Part shown: one piece after another, positions 20,937 to 30,329 of the stretch
Layout: each line of letters starts with the position of its first letter
Numbering within the stretch: position 1 is the stretch's first letter
DNA from: Dehalococcoidales bacterium
GTDB lineage: Bacteria; Chloroflexota; Dehalococcoidia; Dehalococcoidales; UBA5760
Reading direction: 5' to 3'
Assembly (NCBI GenBank): GCA_028716225.1
Contig: JAQUQE010000005.1
Location: 65,017 to 129,016 of the forward strand
Length of the DNA: 64,000 nt
Program-made: the position numbers and the translations under genes
Notes under the pieces: model-generated
Database searches by the model: none
The model's input: only the letters and a program-made list of their open reading frames with translations
Told to the model about the DNA's origin: nothing

Positions 20937-23522
20937 TCAACACTTGGTATAGCCGCAGCTCGGACAGACGAAGCAGCCCTCCTGATAGACGAGCAGGTTG
21001 CCGCAGTCCGGGCACTGTCCGGCCAGGTTCTTGACCAGCCCGTAGTCTTCCAACCTGGGCTTACCATCGTAGCCGGTGGTATGCTTCTCCAGCACGCTGG
21101 CAATGGCATCGGCACAGGAAAGAATAGATTTGCCCTGCTCCCAGGCAATGGACGGACAGCGAATGCCGCGCAGCTGTCTTACTATCGAGGCGACATCGAC
21201 ACCGGAGCGTAAGGCCAGGGAAATGAGCCGGCAGATGGCCTCAAGCTGCGCTGAGGCACAGCCTCCGGTCTTACCCAGGCTGGAGAAGACCTCACAGATA
21301 CCTTCGTCATCCGAGTTCACCGTGACATAGAGGTTACCGCAGCCTGTGGTCACTTTCTCAGTGACCCCTGAGGTCGTCTTGGTCCGCTTTCTGGGTACCA
21401 GTACCGTACTTTCGACCTTCTTAGTCTTGCCTGTAGTCAATACCTGCCCCTCCCGGCTGCCGTCACGGTAGATGGTTATCCCCTTCAGCCCTTCCTCATA
21501 GGCCATTTTATAGACACTGGCGATATCATCAACAGTAGCTTCTTTGGGAAAATTGACCGTTTTGGATACCGCATTGTGAGTAAACCTTTGAAAAGCAGCC
21601 TGCATCTTAACGTGCCAGCCGGCCTTTATGTCGTGAGCAGTAACAAAGGTCTTCTTGATATCATCCGGTACACCATCAATACCACGGAGGCTGACCCCAT
21701 CAGCCAGCTTGCGCATAAGCTCCTCGGAATAGAAGCCCCCCTTCTTGGCCACCTCCTCAAAGTACGGGTTTACTTCGATAAACTGCTCACCATCCAGAAT
21801 ATTGCGCTTGTAGCTCAAGGCAAAAAGAGGCTCGATACCGCTCGAGCAGCCGGCGATAATACTCAGTGTACCGGTGGGGGCGATGGTGGTACAGGAAGCA
21901 TTTCTTAACCTGGGCCCGGAGGGGACATCATAAATACTCTCGGCAAAGGCGGGGAAGACCCCCCGCTCCCCGGCCAGCTCCTCAGAGGCCTTTGCCGACT
22001 GCTCGGTGACAAACTGCATGATATCAGAGGCAACCTTCAGCGCCTCTTCCGAGTCATAGGGAATATCGAGCTTGATTAACATATCGGCAAAGCCCATTAC
22101 TCCGAGACCGATCTTCCTGGTCTTTTTGGTCATTTCCTCGATTGCGGGCAGGGGGAACTTGTTAACCTCAATGACATTGTCCAGAAAGCGCACTGCCGTC
22201 CTGATTATCTCCTTCAGATGGGGATAATCAATCCGGTAGGACCCGTCCTGGAGAATTACCATCCGGGACAGGTTAATCGAGCCCAGATTGCACGATTCGT
22301 AAGGGAGCAGGGGCTGTTCGCCGCAGGGGTTAGTGCTCTCAATCCTACCCAGTTGCGGGGTAGGATTGTCATCATTAATACGGTCAATGAAGACAACACC
22401 CGGGTCTCCGGTCTTCCAGGCCATACTGACCAGCTTATCGAACACTTCTTTGGCATTGAGCCTGCCGGAAACCTCTTTGGTATGCGGATTGACCAGGTTA
22501 TAGTCGGTGCCGGCCTTGACCGCCTCCATGAATTCACCGGTCACCGCCACCGAGATATTGAAGTTGGTCAGCGAGGCAAGGTCTTCCTTAGCCGTAATGA
22601 ACCTCATAATGTCGGGGTGGTCAATACTGAGGATACCCATATTCGCCCCGCGGCGCATCCCGCCCTGTTTGATAACATCAGTAGCGACATCAAAGGCACG
22701 GATAAAGGAGACCGGGCCGCTGGCGACGCCCCCGGTAGAGCCTACTCTATCATCCTCCGGCCTGAGTCTGGAAAAGGAAAAACCGGTCCCGCCGCCACTC
22801 TTATGAATCAGGGCAGTATTTTTCACGGCATCGAAGATGGACTCCATCGAGTCCTCGACGGGGAGGACGAAGCATGCCGAGAGCTGGCCCAGTTCCCGCC
22901 CGGCATTCATCAGGGTAGGGGAATTGGGCAAGAACTGGAGGCTGGTCATCAACCGGTAGAACTCCTCCTCCACTACTGTGACGTCAGCCTCAGGGTTATA
23001 GACAAGCTCAGCCGAGGCAATCGCACCGGCTACCCGGCGAAACATATCCTCCGGAGTCTCCACAACCCGGCCCTTGGCGTCTTTCTTCAAGTACCTTTTC
23101 CCCAGGACACGGAGGGCATTCTCGGTAAGACTGACCCCGCTTAACGACTTGATCTCCGGCTTAACCATATCAGTTTGCATTTCGGGTGCGACCTCCTCCT
23201 TGGGCATTGACTCTTTACCGTAATCTTCCAGTTCCTTACTGGCCAGTATTTCCTCTACCACGGCCTGAATTTCAGAACCGCTGGGCAGGCGCGGCAGCCT
23301 GTGCTGAGACCGGGGCACCAGGTCCTCCATGCCGGGCAGGGGCTGTTCCGCCCCGGAGACGGGCCTCAACTGCTCCAGACGCTCAATTACCTGCGCGGTG
23401 AGCTGCTCGACCAACCTCCGATCAGCAATGCCCATCGACTCAGCGGCAGCAAAGACAACCCGGGCCACCCGGGTACGGTCCAGCCAGTGCGTGCTCTTTC
23501 CCGTTCCATTCCTAGTATTCAT
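20937..23522 (-). CDS. nrdJ: Class II (adenosylcobalamin-dependent) ribonucleotide reductase
   Basis: RNR core motifs ([29 protein letters not shown]) and a C-terminal zinc ribbon (CPDCG...CPSCG). The ATG overlaps the nrdR stop (ATGA). About 114-130 N-terminal residues lie before the conserved core. Confidence 0.9.
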   Translation of the reverse strand: MNTRNGTGKSTHWLDRTRVARVVFAAAESMGIADRRLVEQLTAQVIERLEQLRPVSGAEQPLPGMEDLVPRSQHRLPRLPSGSEIQAVVEEILASKELEDYGKESMPKEEVAPEMQTDMVKPEIKSLSGVSLTENALRVLGKRYLKKDAKGRVVETPEDMFRRVAGAIASAELVYNPEADVTVVEEEFYRLMTSLQFLPNSPTLMNAGRELGQLSACFVLPVEDSMESIFDAVKNTALIHKSGGGTGFSFSRLRPEDDRVGSTGGVASGPVSFIRAFDVATDVIKQGGMRRGANMGILSIDHPDIMRFITAKEDLASLTNFNISVAVTGEFMEAVKAGTDYNLVNPHTKEVSGRLNAKEVFDKLVSMAWKTGDPGVVFIDRINDDNPTPQLGRIESTNPCGEQPLLPYESCNLGSINLSRMVILQDGSYRIDYPHLKEIIRTAVRFLDNVIEVNKFPLPAIEEMTKKTRKIGLGVMGFADMLIKLDIPYDSEEALKVASDIMQFVTEQSAKASEELAGERGVFPAFAESIYDVPSGPRLRNASCTTIAPTGTLSIIAGCSSGIEPLFALSYKRNILDGEQFIEVNPYFEEVAKKGGFYSEELMRKLADGVSLRGIDGVPDDIKKTFVTAHDIKAGWHVKMQAAFQRFTHNAVSKTVNFPKEATVDDIASVYKMAYEEGLKGITIYRDGSREGQVLTTGKTKKVESTVLVPRKRTKTTSGVTEKVTTGCGNLYVTVNSDDEGICEVFSSLGKTGGCASAQLEAICRLISLALRSGVDVASIVRQLRGIRCPSIAWEQGKSILSCADAIASVLEKHTTGYDGKPRLEDYGLVKNLAGQCPDCGNLLVYQEGCFVCPSCGYTKC

Positions 23523-24061
23523 TTACGACGCCTCCGTTGACCTCCAGCCAGCGCCAGTGACGGCTCAACCGGAAGCAAAGGCAGTTGACTCACCGGCTGG
23601 GATGCTTTTGCCGCCTCATCTCCGATCAGAGTGTCCAGTTCCTGCTTCAAGGCAGTGATATCGGCGAACTCCCGATAGACGCTGGCAAAGCGAATGTAGG
23701 CAATATGGTCCAGCTCCCTCAAGCCCTTCATCACCATATCGCCGATAACAGCACCGGGTATCTCTGATTTACCCAGCCGGTAAAGCTCGGCTTCGATATC
23801 ATCAACAAGCTTATCGATAGCTCCGGTAGGCAGCGGCCGCTTCTCACAGGCCTTGCGGATGCCGGACATGAGCTTCTCCCGGCTAAACTCCTCACGGCGC
23901 TTGTCCTTCTTAATTACAAAGAGACTGGCCGCCTGCAACCGCTCGTAGGTGGTAAAACGAGCACTACAAGAGGAACACTGACGCCGGCGGCGGACACCAT
24001 CATCAACGTCACGGGAATCAATAACCCTGGACTCCAGATTGCCGCAATAAGGACAATTCAC
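23519..24061 (-). CDS. nrdR: Transcriptional repressor NrdR
   Basis: A GTG start at 24061, preceded by GGAGA, gives (M)NCPYCGNLESRVIDSRD (zinc ribbon) followed by an ATP-cone. The track ORF extension to 24124 runs through the promoter and operator and is rejected. Confidence 0.88.
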   Translation of the reverse strand: MNCPYCGNLESRVIDSRDVDDGVRRRRQCSSCSARFTTYERLQAASLFVIKKDKRREEFSREKLMSGIRKACEKRPLPTGAIDKLVDDIEAELYRLGKSEIPGAVIGDMVMKGLRELDHIAYIRFASVYREFADITALKQELDTLIGDEAAKASQPVSQLPLLPVEPSLALAGGQRRRRK

Positions 24062-24072
24062 GAATAATCTCC

Positions 24073-24124
24073 ACACTATATAGTGTAGGAGATATACATT
24101 ACCACAATATATAGTGTTTGTCAA
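24073..24124 (-). promoter_or_regulatory. nrdR-nrdJ promoter with two NrdR boxes
   Basis: Minus strand reads TTGACA (24124-24119), a 17-nt spacer AACACTATATATTGTGG (box 2), then TAATGT (24101-24096). A second palindrome, ACACTATATAGTGT (24086-24073), abuts the RBS. Box centres are about 31 bp apart, as in the known tandem NrdR-box arrangement. Confidence 0.65.
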
Positions 24125-24380
24125 CTATTATTTGTCCTGAAATCTGGGGGTAATTTGAATAAGGCGATGGATGCCAAACAGCCCGGGAACATACACCATT
24201 AAGAAGACCACAGATCCGGGTTTACTGCCGGCTTGATACGGAAAGACCTTAAGCTGACTATGGCTGAATGGGCATCAGACCGGAGCCCACGAAGGTCAAA
24301 CAACAGGGTTTCCTTATCCCATACGTAGTAAGTGGTAAGGCCACTGTACCCGAACAGGAAAGACCCAGCCGGCACCGCAC

Positions 24381-25679
24381 CTATCTCATCGAGATATAGT
24401 CGCCGAGTGAACCGAGGTCACTCCTGCGACGCCACCACCTCATCCCCAGCGGGATGGAGATAGCGGCGGAAACAGCGATGATAACAAAAATGATAGGCCA
24501 TCTTTCCGATCCGGTTGGTGAAGACGGCAAAGTAGTATTAGTCAGTAAATCTCCTTCCTTGACGGTAAAGAACAAAGGACCCAGGCTGTTGACCTCTACT
24601 TGGTAGGTGCCTGCTGCACTCTGAGCGGTAGTAAAGGTAACCATTTGAAAGGCCCCACCGGCAAGATCGATTTTCCTCGTGTCTGCCACGACACCGTTTA
24701 TCTTGAGGGTTACGATATCGCTACCGTCTGCCTCCCCAGGATTTATCAGCAAAGCGCTGATGGTCACTGCTGCACCGGGACTGACCTCCTGGGGTGAAAC
24801 ACTCAGTGCACTTGAGGTAAAAGCAACCGGAGCTGCCGGGGAAACGGGCAGCGAAGGAGTTTCCGGATTATCCGGGGACGAATCGACCAAAGCAAGCACG
24901 GTAAAGCAAGAGAAGTGCTCGATATAGGCACTAATGGTATCGTTCGCGGCGTCAACCTCAAAATCCATCTCCGGCAAACCAACGTCAAAGTTGTCGCAAC
25001 GGGTGATTAGCAGTTCTTCCTCAGCTATCCCTTCCGGGATGTCGCCGGTATCATATCGCCAGGTCAGCATTACCGGCTGGTCAAAGGTGGTCCCCTCGGG
25101 TTTCAACTGATACGGCAACCCGATAATACTATAGTCTTCAGGTGGATCCGGTGCACGCTTAATTTCGGCAAACTCCACCTCGGTCAGCGGGTTGCCCTCT
25201 CCATCCAGAGCGGTAACTCCGTAAGGAATATTAATGCTGAGCATCCCGTCCTCAGAAACGAACTCAACGGAATCGGGGGCAAAGTAAGCGATGATACTCC
25301 AATCCCGTTGTTCAGCCTCAATGGGAAACATTTGATCGAAGATGATTTTTTCCCGCTGTGATTTCTCAACGGCCACATAGTTGACAAAGCGGTAGCCGTA
25401 TTCCGGAATCGCCTCTACATTGACGATGGTACTACTCTCAACTGAAAAATAAGCGGGGTATTTGGGCTCAGCGTCCCCGTTTATCTCTTCGGGCACAGCT
25501 TCCCCGTTTATCTCGACAGTGCCGCCGCCGCTCGGGCTGATATCCACCTTGATCGTCACCGACGAACAGCTAGGCCCTCAGCCATAAGCCGGCTTGGCGG
25601 TAAACGCCGCCGCTGCCAGCGGTACCAGCAAAGCCGCCGCCAGACAGGGCAACGCTATTCCCAAAAACCCTTTTTTCAC
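24381..25679 (-). CDS. Cell-surface protein (InlB-B-repeat-like plus CARDB-like domains, C-terminal TM anchor) with an in-frame TGA at codon 34; candidate selenoprotein or pseudogene
   Basis: GTG at 25679 follows AAGGAG and encodes the signal peptide MKKGFLGIALPCLAAALLVPLAAAAFTAKPAYG. A TGA (25580-25578) follows, and then GPSCSSVTIKVDISPSGGG... continues in the same frame as track ORF 24381..25559. The C-terminus has a TM helix and RRR stop-transfer. Confidence 0.55.
25550..25568 (-). promoter_or_regulatory. SECIS-like hairpin after the in-frame TGA of the surface-protein gene
   Basis: Minus strand TG-T-TCGTC-GGT-GACGA-T-CA begins 10 nt after the TGA. It has a 5-bp core stem plus 2 outer pairs and a GGU loop. 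The TC-GGT-GAC core resembles the selD hairpin. Confidence 0.35.
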
Positions 25680-25728
25680 CCTTTTTCACTCCTTACAGGG
25701 TATAGCTTACACCTTTTGTTTATCATCC

Positions 25729-26148
25729 TCAACCCCCCTTCCGCCCCTGCCGCTCGACCAAGTCCTCCAGAGTAATATCAGAGAGTACACCATCCACCGC
25801 TTCTTTCACCTCGGCCCACACCCGGCGGGTCACGCAGGAACCGGCACGCGAGCAGAGCATCGCATTATCAACACACTCTACCGGCGCCATCGACCCCTCC
25901 ATCACCTGCACAATATCAATAAATCTTATCTCACGTGGCGGCCGGGCCAGCATGAACCCACCTCTGGGCCCGCGAACGCTCCTGACCAGACCGGCTGTCT
26001 TGAGCCGGGTAAAGAGCTGCTCCAGATACAGGCACGATATCTGCTGCCTCGCCGAGATGTCCTTGATCAGAGTCGGACTGCCCCCAGATTGGACCGCCAG
26101 ATCAATCATCGCGCGCACTGCATAACGTCCCTTGGTCGAGAGTTTCAC
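25729..26148 (-). CDS. Rrf2-family transcriptional regulator (IscR-like, Cys ligands present)
   Basis: (V)KLSTKGRYAVRAMIDLA winged helix and the Cys cluster VECVDNAMLCSRAGSC. The probable GTG start at 26148 lies inside the longer track ORF. Divergent from selA. Confidence 0.8.
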   Translation of the reverse strand: MKLSTKGRYAVRAMIDLAVQSGGSPTLIKDISARQQISCLYLEQLFTRLKTAGLVRSVRGPRGGFMLARPPREIRFIDIVQVMEGSMAPVECVDNAMLCSRAGSCVTRRVWAEVKEAVDGVLSDITLEDLVERQGRKGG

Positions 26149-26291
26149 AGCTCCAGCCGGCCTGTTCTGAATTTTATTATCACAATACTCGTAAATATAG
26201 CGCAACAAAAAGGTCTTGTCAAATATTAGTCCAGGAGCATCTAAAACACCTTTGAAAAGAGGGCGATATGTATTAGAATAGAGCGGAGAAT

Positions 26292-27683
26292 ATGGACAAG
26301 GAGTTTCGTCACCTGCCCGGAGTGGACAAGCTAACCTCCAACGAGCGCTTGAGGCAGCTCGGGGAGGAGCTTTCCCACACGTCCTTTATGGAGTTGATAC
26401 GCAACCACCTTGAGCAAACCCGGCTGGATATCGCTGCCGGTAGCCCCTGCCCTTCTCTTGACGATATAGTAGAAGCTATTGTCGCCCGGGGCTGCGCCAT
26501 GACAAAGCCGGGGCTGCGCCCGGTGGTCAACGCTACCGGCATCATACTTCACACCAACCTGGGCCGTGCTCCTCTCAGCGAGGAGACTGCCGCCGCGATG
26601 AACACGGTCGCCAGCACCTACTCTAACCTGGAGTTCGACCTGGACAGCGGCCGGCGGGGGTCGCGCAACAGCCACATCGAGCAGTCGCTGTGCCGGCTCA
26701 CCGGAGCCGAGGCGGCACTGGTGGTAAACAATAATACCTCAGCGGTGCTGCTCGCTCTCAGTGCGCTGACCAGAAGGAAAGAGGTGCTCGTTTCCCGCGG
26801 CCAGGCAGTACAGATCGGCGGCGGCTTTCGCATCCCCGACGTAATGCGCCAGAGCGGGGCCAGGCTGGTCGAGGTGGGCACCACCAACTGCACCTATGCT
26901 GTCGATTATGAACAGGCAATCAACCCGCGGACAGCGGCGCTGATGCGAATCCACCTGAGCAACTTCAGGATGATGGGCTTCACCCATTCGGTCACTCTCG
27001 AGGAACTGGTAGCGCTGGGCAAAGACCACAACCTCCCCGTACTCGATGACCTCGGCAGCGGATGTCTGCTGGATACCACCCAGTTCGGTCTTGACCCGGA
27101 GCCAACGGTACAGCAGAGCATTGCCGCTGGTGTCGACCTGGTCTTCTTCTCTGCTGATAAGCTCCTCGGTGGTCCTCAAGCCGGCATCGTCACCGGTCGG
27201 AAAGAGCTGATAGAAAAATTGAAGAAACACCCGCTGGCGCGTGCGGTACGGATCGATAAGATAGGACTGGCCGGTCTGGCGGCCACCCTGGTTCACTACC
27301 TGAAAGGTGAAGCGATAACCAAGATCCCGGTCTGGCGTATGATTGCCGCTCCTCTGGACGGAATTGAGCAGCGGGCCGTAACCTGGGCTGGACCACTCAA
27401 GAGACTGGCCGGGGTGATCGCCGGAGAAACGATGGTCGGAGGCGGCAGTCTGCCCGGGGCCACTCTACCGACCAGGCTGGTTGCTATCGGAGAAGAGGGA
27501 GGTAAAAGTAAGCGCAATATGGCGCAAGTCTTAAGCCAGCGGCTGCGCCAGCGAGAGATACCGGTCATCGGGCGAATTAGCGAAAATCTCCTCTTGCTCG
27601 ACCCCCGCTCCGTACTTCCCGGAGAAGACAGGATTGTGCTCAAAGCCCTGCAAGATGCCGCTGCCAGCCTTAAGGACAGGTGA
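26292..27683 (+). CDS. selA: L-seryl-tRNA(Sec) selenium transferase
   Basis: 463 aa with a SelA-like N-terminus (LPGVDKL...), [13 protein letters not shown], and the PLP-lysine region [13 protein letters not shown]. Confidence 0.9.
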   Translation: MDKEFRHLPGVDKLTSNERLRQLGEELSHTSFMELIRNHLEQTRLDIAAGSPCPSLDDIVEAIVARGCAMTKPGLRPVVNATGIILHTNLGRAPLSEETAAAMNTVASTYSNLEFDLDSGRRGSRNSHIEQSLCRLTGAEAALVVNNNTSAVLLALSALTRRKEVLVSRGQAVQIGGGFRIPDVMRQSGARLVEVGTTNCTYAVDYEQAINPRTAALMRIHLSNFRMMGFTHSVTLEELVALGKDHNLPVLDDLGSGCLLDTTQFGLDPEPTVQQSIAAGVDLVFFSADKLLGGPQAGIVTGRKELIEKLKKHPLARAVRIDKIGLAGLAATLVHYLKGEAITKIPVWRMIAAPLDGIEQRAVTWAGPLKRLAGVIAGETMVGGGSLPGATLPTRLVAIGEEGGKSKRNMAQVLSQRLRQREIPVIGRISENLLLLDPRSVLPGEDRIVLKALQDAAASLKDR

Positions 27684-27710
27684 CACCGCCGCAGCGAAAA
27701 GGAGTACCTG

Positions 27711-29579
27711 GTGTTTGTAATCGGTACTGCGGGACACATAGACCACGGTAAATCGGTACTGGTGCGCGCCCTGACCGGCATAGACCCGGACCGGCTGCGC
27801 GAGGAGAAGGAACGGGGTATGACCATTGACCTGGGCTTCGCCTGGCTGAAGCTGCCCGATGGTCAGGAGGTTGGTATTGTTGATGTCCCGGGTCACGAAC
27901 GGCTGATTAAGAATATGCTGGCCGGAGTGGGCGGCATCGACCTGGCCCTGCTTATCATCGATGCCGGTGAAGGAGTGATGCCACAGACCAGGGAGCACCT
28001 GGCTATCCTGAACATACTAGGTATAGAGAGAGGAATCGCCGTTCTCACCAAAAAGGACCTGGTAGATGATGAGCGGCTGGCCCTGGCAAGGGGGGAAGTC
28101 ACCAGGCTGCTCGCTCCGACCACCCTTGCCCGGTCCCCGATTGTTGCCGTCTCGGCCCTGACCGGAGAGGGCCTCGCTGATCTGACCTCGGCTATCGGCA
28201 AGCTCCTCGGCTCCACTCCACTCAGGAAGGATATCGGCCGTCCCCGGCTTCCCATAGACCGCGTCTTTACTATTGCCGGCTCCGGCACCATCGTCACCGG
28301 AACACTGATTGACGGCTCGCTCAGCACAGGACAGGAGGTAGAACTGATCCCCGCCGGGCTCAGGTCACGGATACGAAGGCTGCAGACGCATAAGACTTCT
28401 GTCGAAACGGCCGCTCCGGGGAGCAGGGTCGGCGTCAACCTGACCGGTATCGCCGCCACCGAACCACAGCGCGGCGATGTACTCACCATACCCGGCTGGC
28501 TCTCACCCACCACGATGCTCTCGGTTAAGCTGTGTCTGCTACCCCATCTTCAGCACCCCCTGTCACACGGCACCACGGTGAACTTTTATGCCGGGTCCAC
28601 CCAGGCTGAATCCAGAGTCCGCCTGCTGGAAAAAGACGAACTCAAGCCCGGTGAGACGGGCTGGGCACAGCTATTACTGAATAAGCCGGTGGCTCTGGTT
28701 AAGGGCGACCGTTTTATTATCCGCTCGCCGGAGGCTACTCTTGGCGGTGGCGAAGTTCTCGAGCCTCATACCAGACGGCACCGCCGACTGCACCCGAACG
28801 TCATTGAGAACCTCAGGCGTAGAGCGCAGGGAACCCCCGAAGAGATGATTATGGCAATACTGGAGGGTAAACCGCTCAAGATGTCCGAACTCTCCACACA
28901 GAGCGGCCTAACTGTCAGCGAGCTTAGCCCGGCAGTAGCCTCCCTTATCGAGCAGAGTAAGATAGTCAGGATAGGCAGGGGGGAAAGCGAGCTCCTTCTG
29001 ACTGCAACCGGCTGGGAGAATCTGGCCGGCCGGGTGACCGCCATCCTTAAGGACTATCACCTCAGGTTCCCCTCCCGCCCGGGGATGCCCAGGGCAGAGT
29101 TGAGCAGCCGGCTCAAGATGACGGCACCTAGTCCGGCGATTATAAAAAAGCTTCTTGACGATGGCAACGTCATCGAGGATAGCGCTGCTATCCGTCTTGC
29201 CACCCATCACGTTCAGCTCACCAAGACGCAGCAGGCGCAGATAGACACCTTCCTCAAGTCACTGGCGGAGAGTCCTTACGCCCCACCCGGCGGCCTCATA
29301 CCGGAAGCGGACCTGCTCAAACTGATCGTGGCCCGCAACCAGGTGATCAAGATAAGCGAGGAGGTGGTCTTCTCCCGTCAAGCCTATAATGAAATGGTAG
29401 CCGGAATCACCTCACACCTGAAGGAAGCGGGAAGCGTGACTGTAGCTGAAGTACGGGATATGTTTAAGACCAGCCGCAAGTATGCCCTGGCTCTGCTGGA
29501 ATACCTGGATGGGGCGAAGGTAACACGCCGCCTCGGCGACCGTAGAGTTCTCTATCGGGAATCAGGTACCGGACATTGA
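27711..29579 (+). CDS. selB: Selenocysteine-specific translation elongation factor
   Basis: GTPase motifs [16 protein letters not shown] and TKKD, with long C-terminal winged-helix repeats; 622 aa. Directly downstream of selA. Confidence 0.9.
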   Translation: MFVIGTAGHIDHGKSVLVRALTGIDPDRLREEKERGMTIDLGFAWLKLPDGQEVGIVDVPGHERLIKNMLAGVGGIDLALLIIDAGEGVMPQTREHLAILNILGIERGIAVLTKKDLVDDERLALARGEVTRLLAPTTLARSPIVAVSALTGEGLADLTSAIGKLLGSTPLRKDIGRPRLPIDRVFTIAGSGTIVTGTLIDGSLSTGQEVELIPAGLRSRIRRLQTHKTSVETAAPGSRVGVNLTGIAATEPQRGDVLTIPGWLSPTTMLSVKLCLLPHLQHPLSHGTTVNFYAGSTQAESRVRLLEKDELKPGETGWAQLLLNKPVALVKGDRFIIRSPEATLGGGEVLEPHTRRHRRLHPNVIENLRRRAQGTPEEMIMAILEGKPLKMSELSTQSGLTVSELSPAVASLIEQSKIVRIGRGESELLLTATGWENLAGRVTAILKDYHLRFPSRPGMPRAELSSRLKMTAPSPAIIKKLLDDGNVIEDSAAIRLATHHVQLTKTQQAQIDTFLKSLAESPYAPPGGLIPEADLLKLIVARNQVIKISEEVVFSRQAYNEMVAGITSHLKEAGSVTVAEVRDMFKTSRKYALALLEYLDGAKVTRRLGDRRVLYRESGTGH

Positions 29580-29633
29580 CAAGAACATTCCGGGTGAAAC
29601 TAGACCTACCTAATCATAGTGAAGGAGGAGGGT

Positions 29634-29879
29634 ATGATGAGCTGCCACCCGTATCAATACCGCGTACTGGTCGAATACCTTGCCCCTACGTTGGGCTCAA
29701 TGAAACCCGACTACAGAAAGGAAAGCGACGGGCAGTCACTGACCGCGAAGCTCGGGGAGGTCATGGAGCACCTGCCGACCGCCATCCCCGATGGTTGGGA
29801 GGTTAACTCCCACAGTCTGACGGTTGCCGGGGATGCGGTTATTCTCTCCATCCTGATCCGCCGACCGGTGGCACAATAA
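29634..29879 (+). CDS. Hypothetical small protein
   Basis: ATG at 29634 preceded by GAAGGAGGAGGG; 81 aa; no recognised family. Confidence 0.4.
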   Translation: MMSCHPYQYRVLVEYLAPTLGSMKPDYRKESDGQSLTAKLGEVMEHLPTAIPDGWEVNSHSLTVAGDAVILSILIRRPVAQ

Positions 29880-29894
29880 TTCACCAGCATATTA

Positions 29895-30152
29895 TCATGG
29901 GCAGGACTGCAGTTCTTCCTCCGCTGCCGTCACCACGGTATTACTCATACCAAGGCGGATCTTATAAATGTAGGAGTCTTCAGGGAGATGGTCTCTGTAA
30001 TAAAGAACGTGAAATGCTCCCAGGTAGAACGAATCCAGGACTACGCCAACCTCATCTACATACTTCTCATTATGGGGGTATTTTACATTCCCCTGCTTGT
30101 CTTTCACCGAGACGATTTTCACCTTGTGCCCTTTATCATATTTCGCTTCCAT
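29895..30152 (-). CDS. Hypothetical small protein
   Basis: 85-aa ORF; no recognised family; the overlapping plus-strand ORFs look like shadows of it. Confidence 0.4.
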   Translation of the reverse strand: MEAKYDKGHKVKIVSVKDKQGNVKYPHNEKYVDEVGVVLDSFYLGAFHVLYYRDHLPEDSYIYKIRLGMSNTVVTAAEEELQSCP

Positions 30153-30329
30153 AAGACTACTCCCCCGGTGATGGATTCGCCCTATTTTACCACCAATTGG
30201 CCATCAGTCAATACATTATGAAACTACATTGGTATAATACAGCCCCTGAATTACGCAATTTCGTCACTAAAATCACGGGGCGGGCTGATGTTATAATTAA
30301 GAAAAGAGCCCCTACAGAGAGGTTTATAA

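Noticed and set aside
22218-23144. Long antisense or shadow ORFs inside well-supported genes. Examples: 308 aa at 22218..23144 opposite nrdJ, 222 aa at 45083..45751, 198 aa at 13687..14283, 206 aa at 27893..28513, 176 aa at 27296..27826, 211 aa at 25594..26229, 168 aa at 3077..3583.
   Set aside because: Each lies entirely within or opposite a gene with clear family motifs. Their translations are low-complexity (Pro/Arg/Gly/Ser-rich), as expected for GC-rich antisense frames, and no RBS or family motif was recognised.
24125-24380. Fragments reminiscent of a cobalamin riboswitch (GCCACTG, GGGAA, AGACCCAGCCGGC) in the 256-bp gap upstream of the nrdR promoter.
   Set aside because: The motifs are on the plus strand, where no downstream gene exists. 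The B12-box and GGTGAAATTCC-type elements are not matched, and on the minus strand the order is wrong. A covariance-model scan (Rfam RF00174) would settle it. I do not call it.
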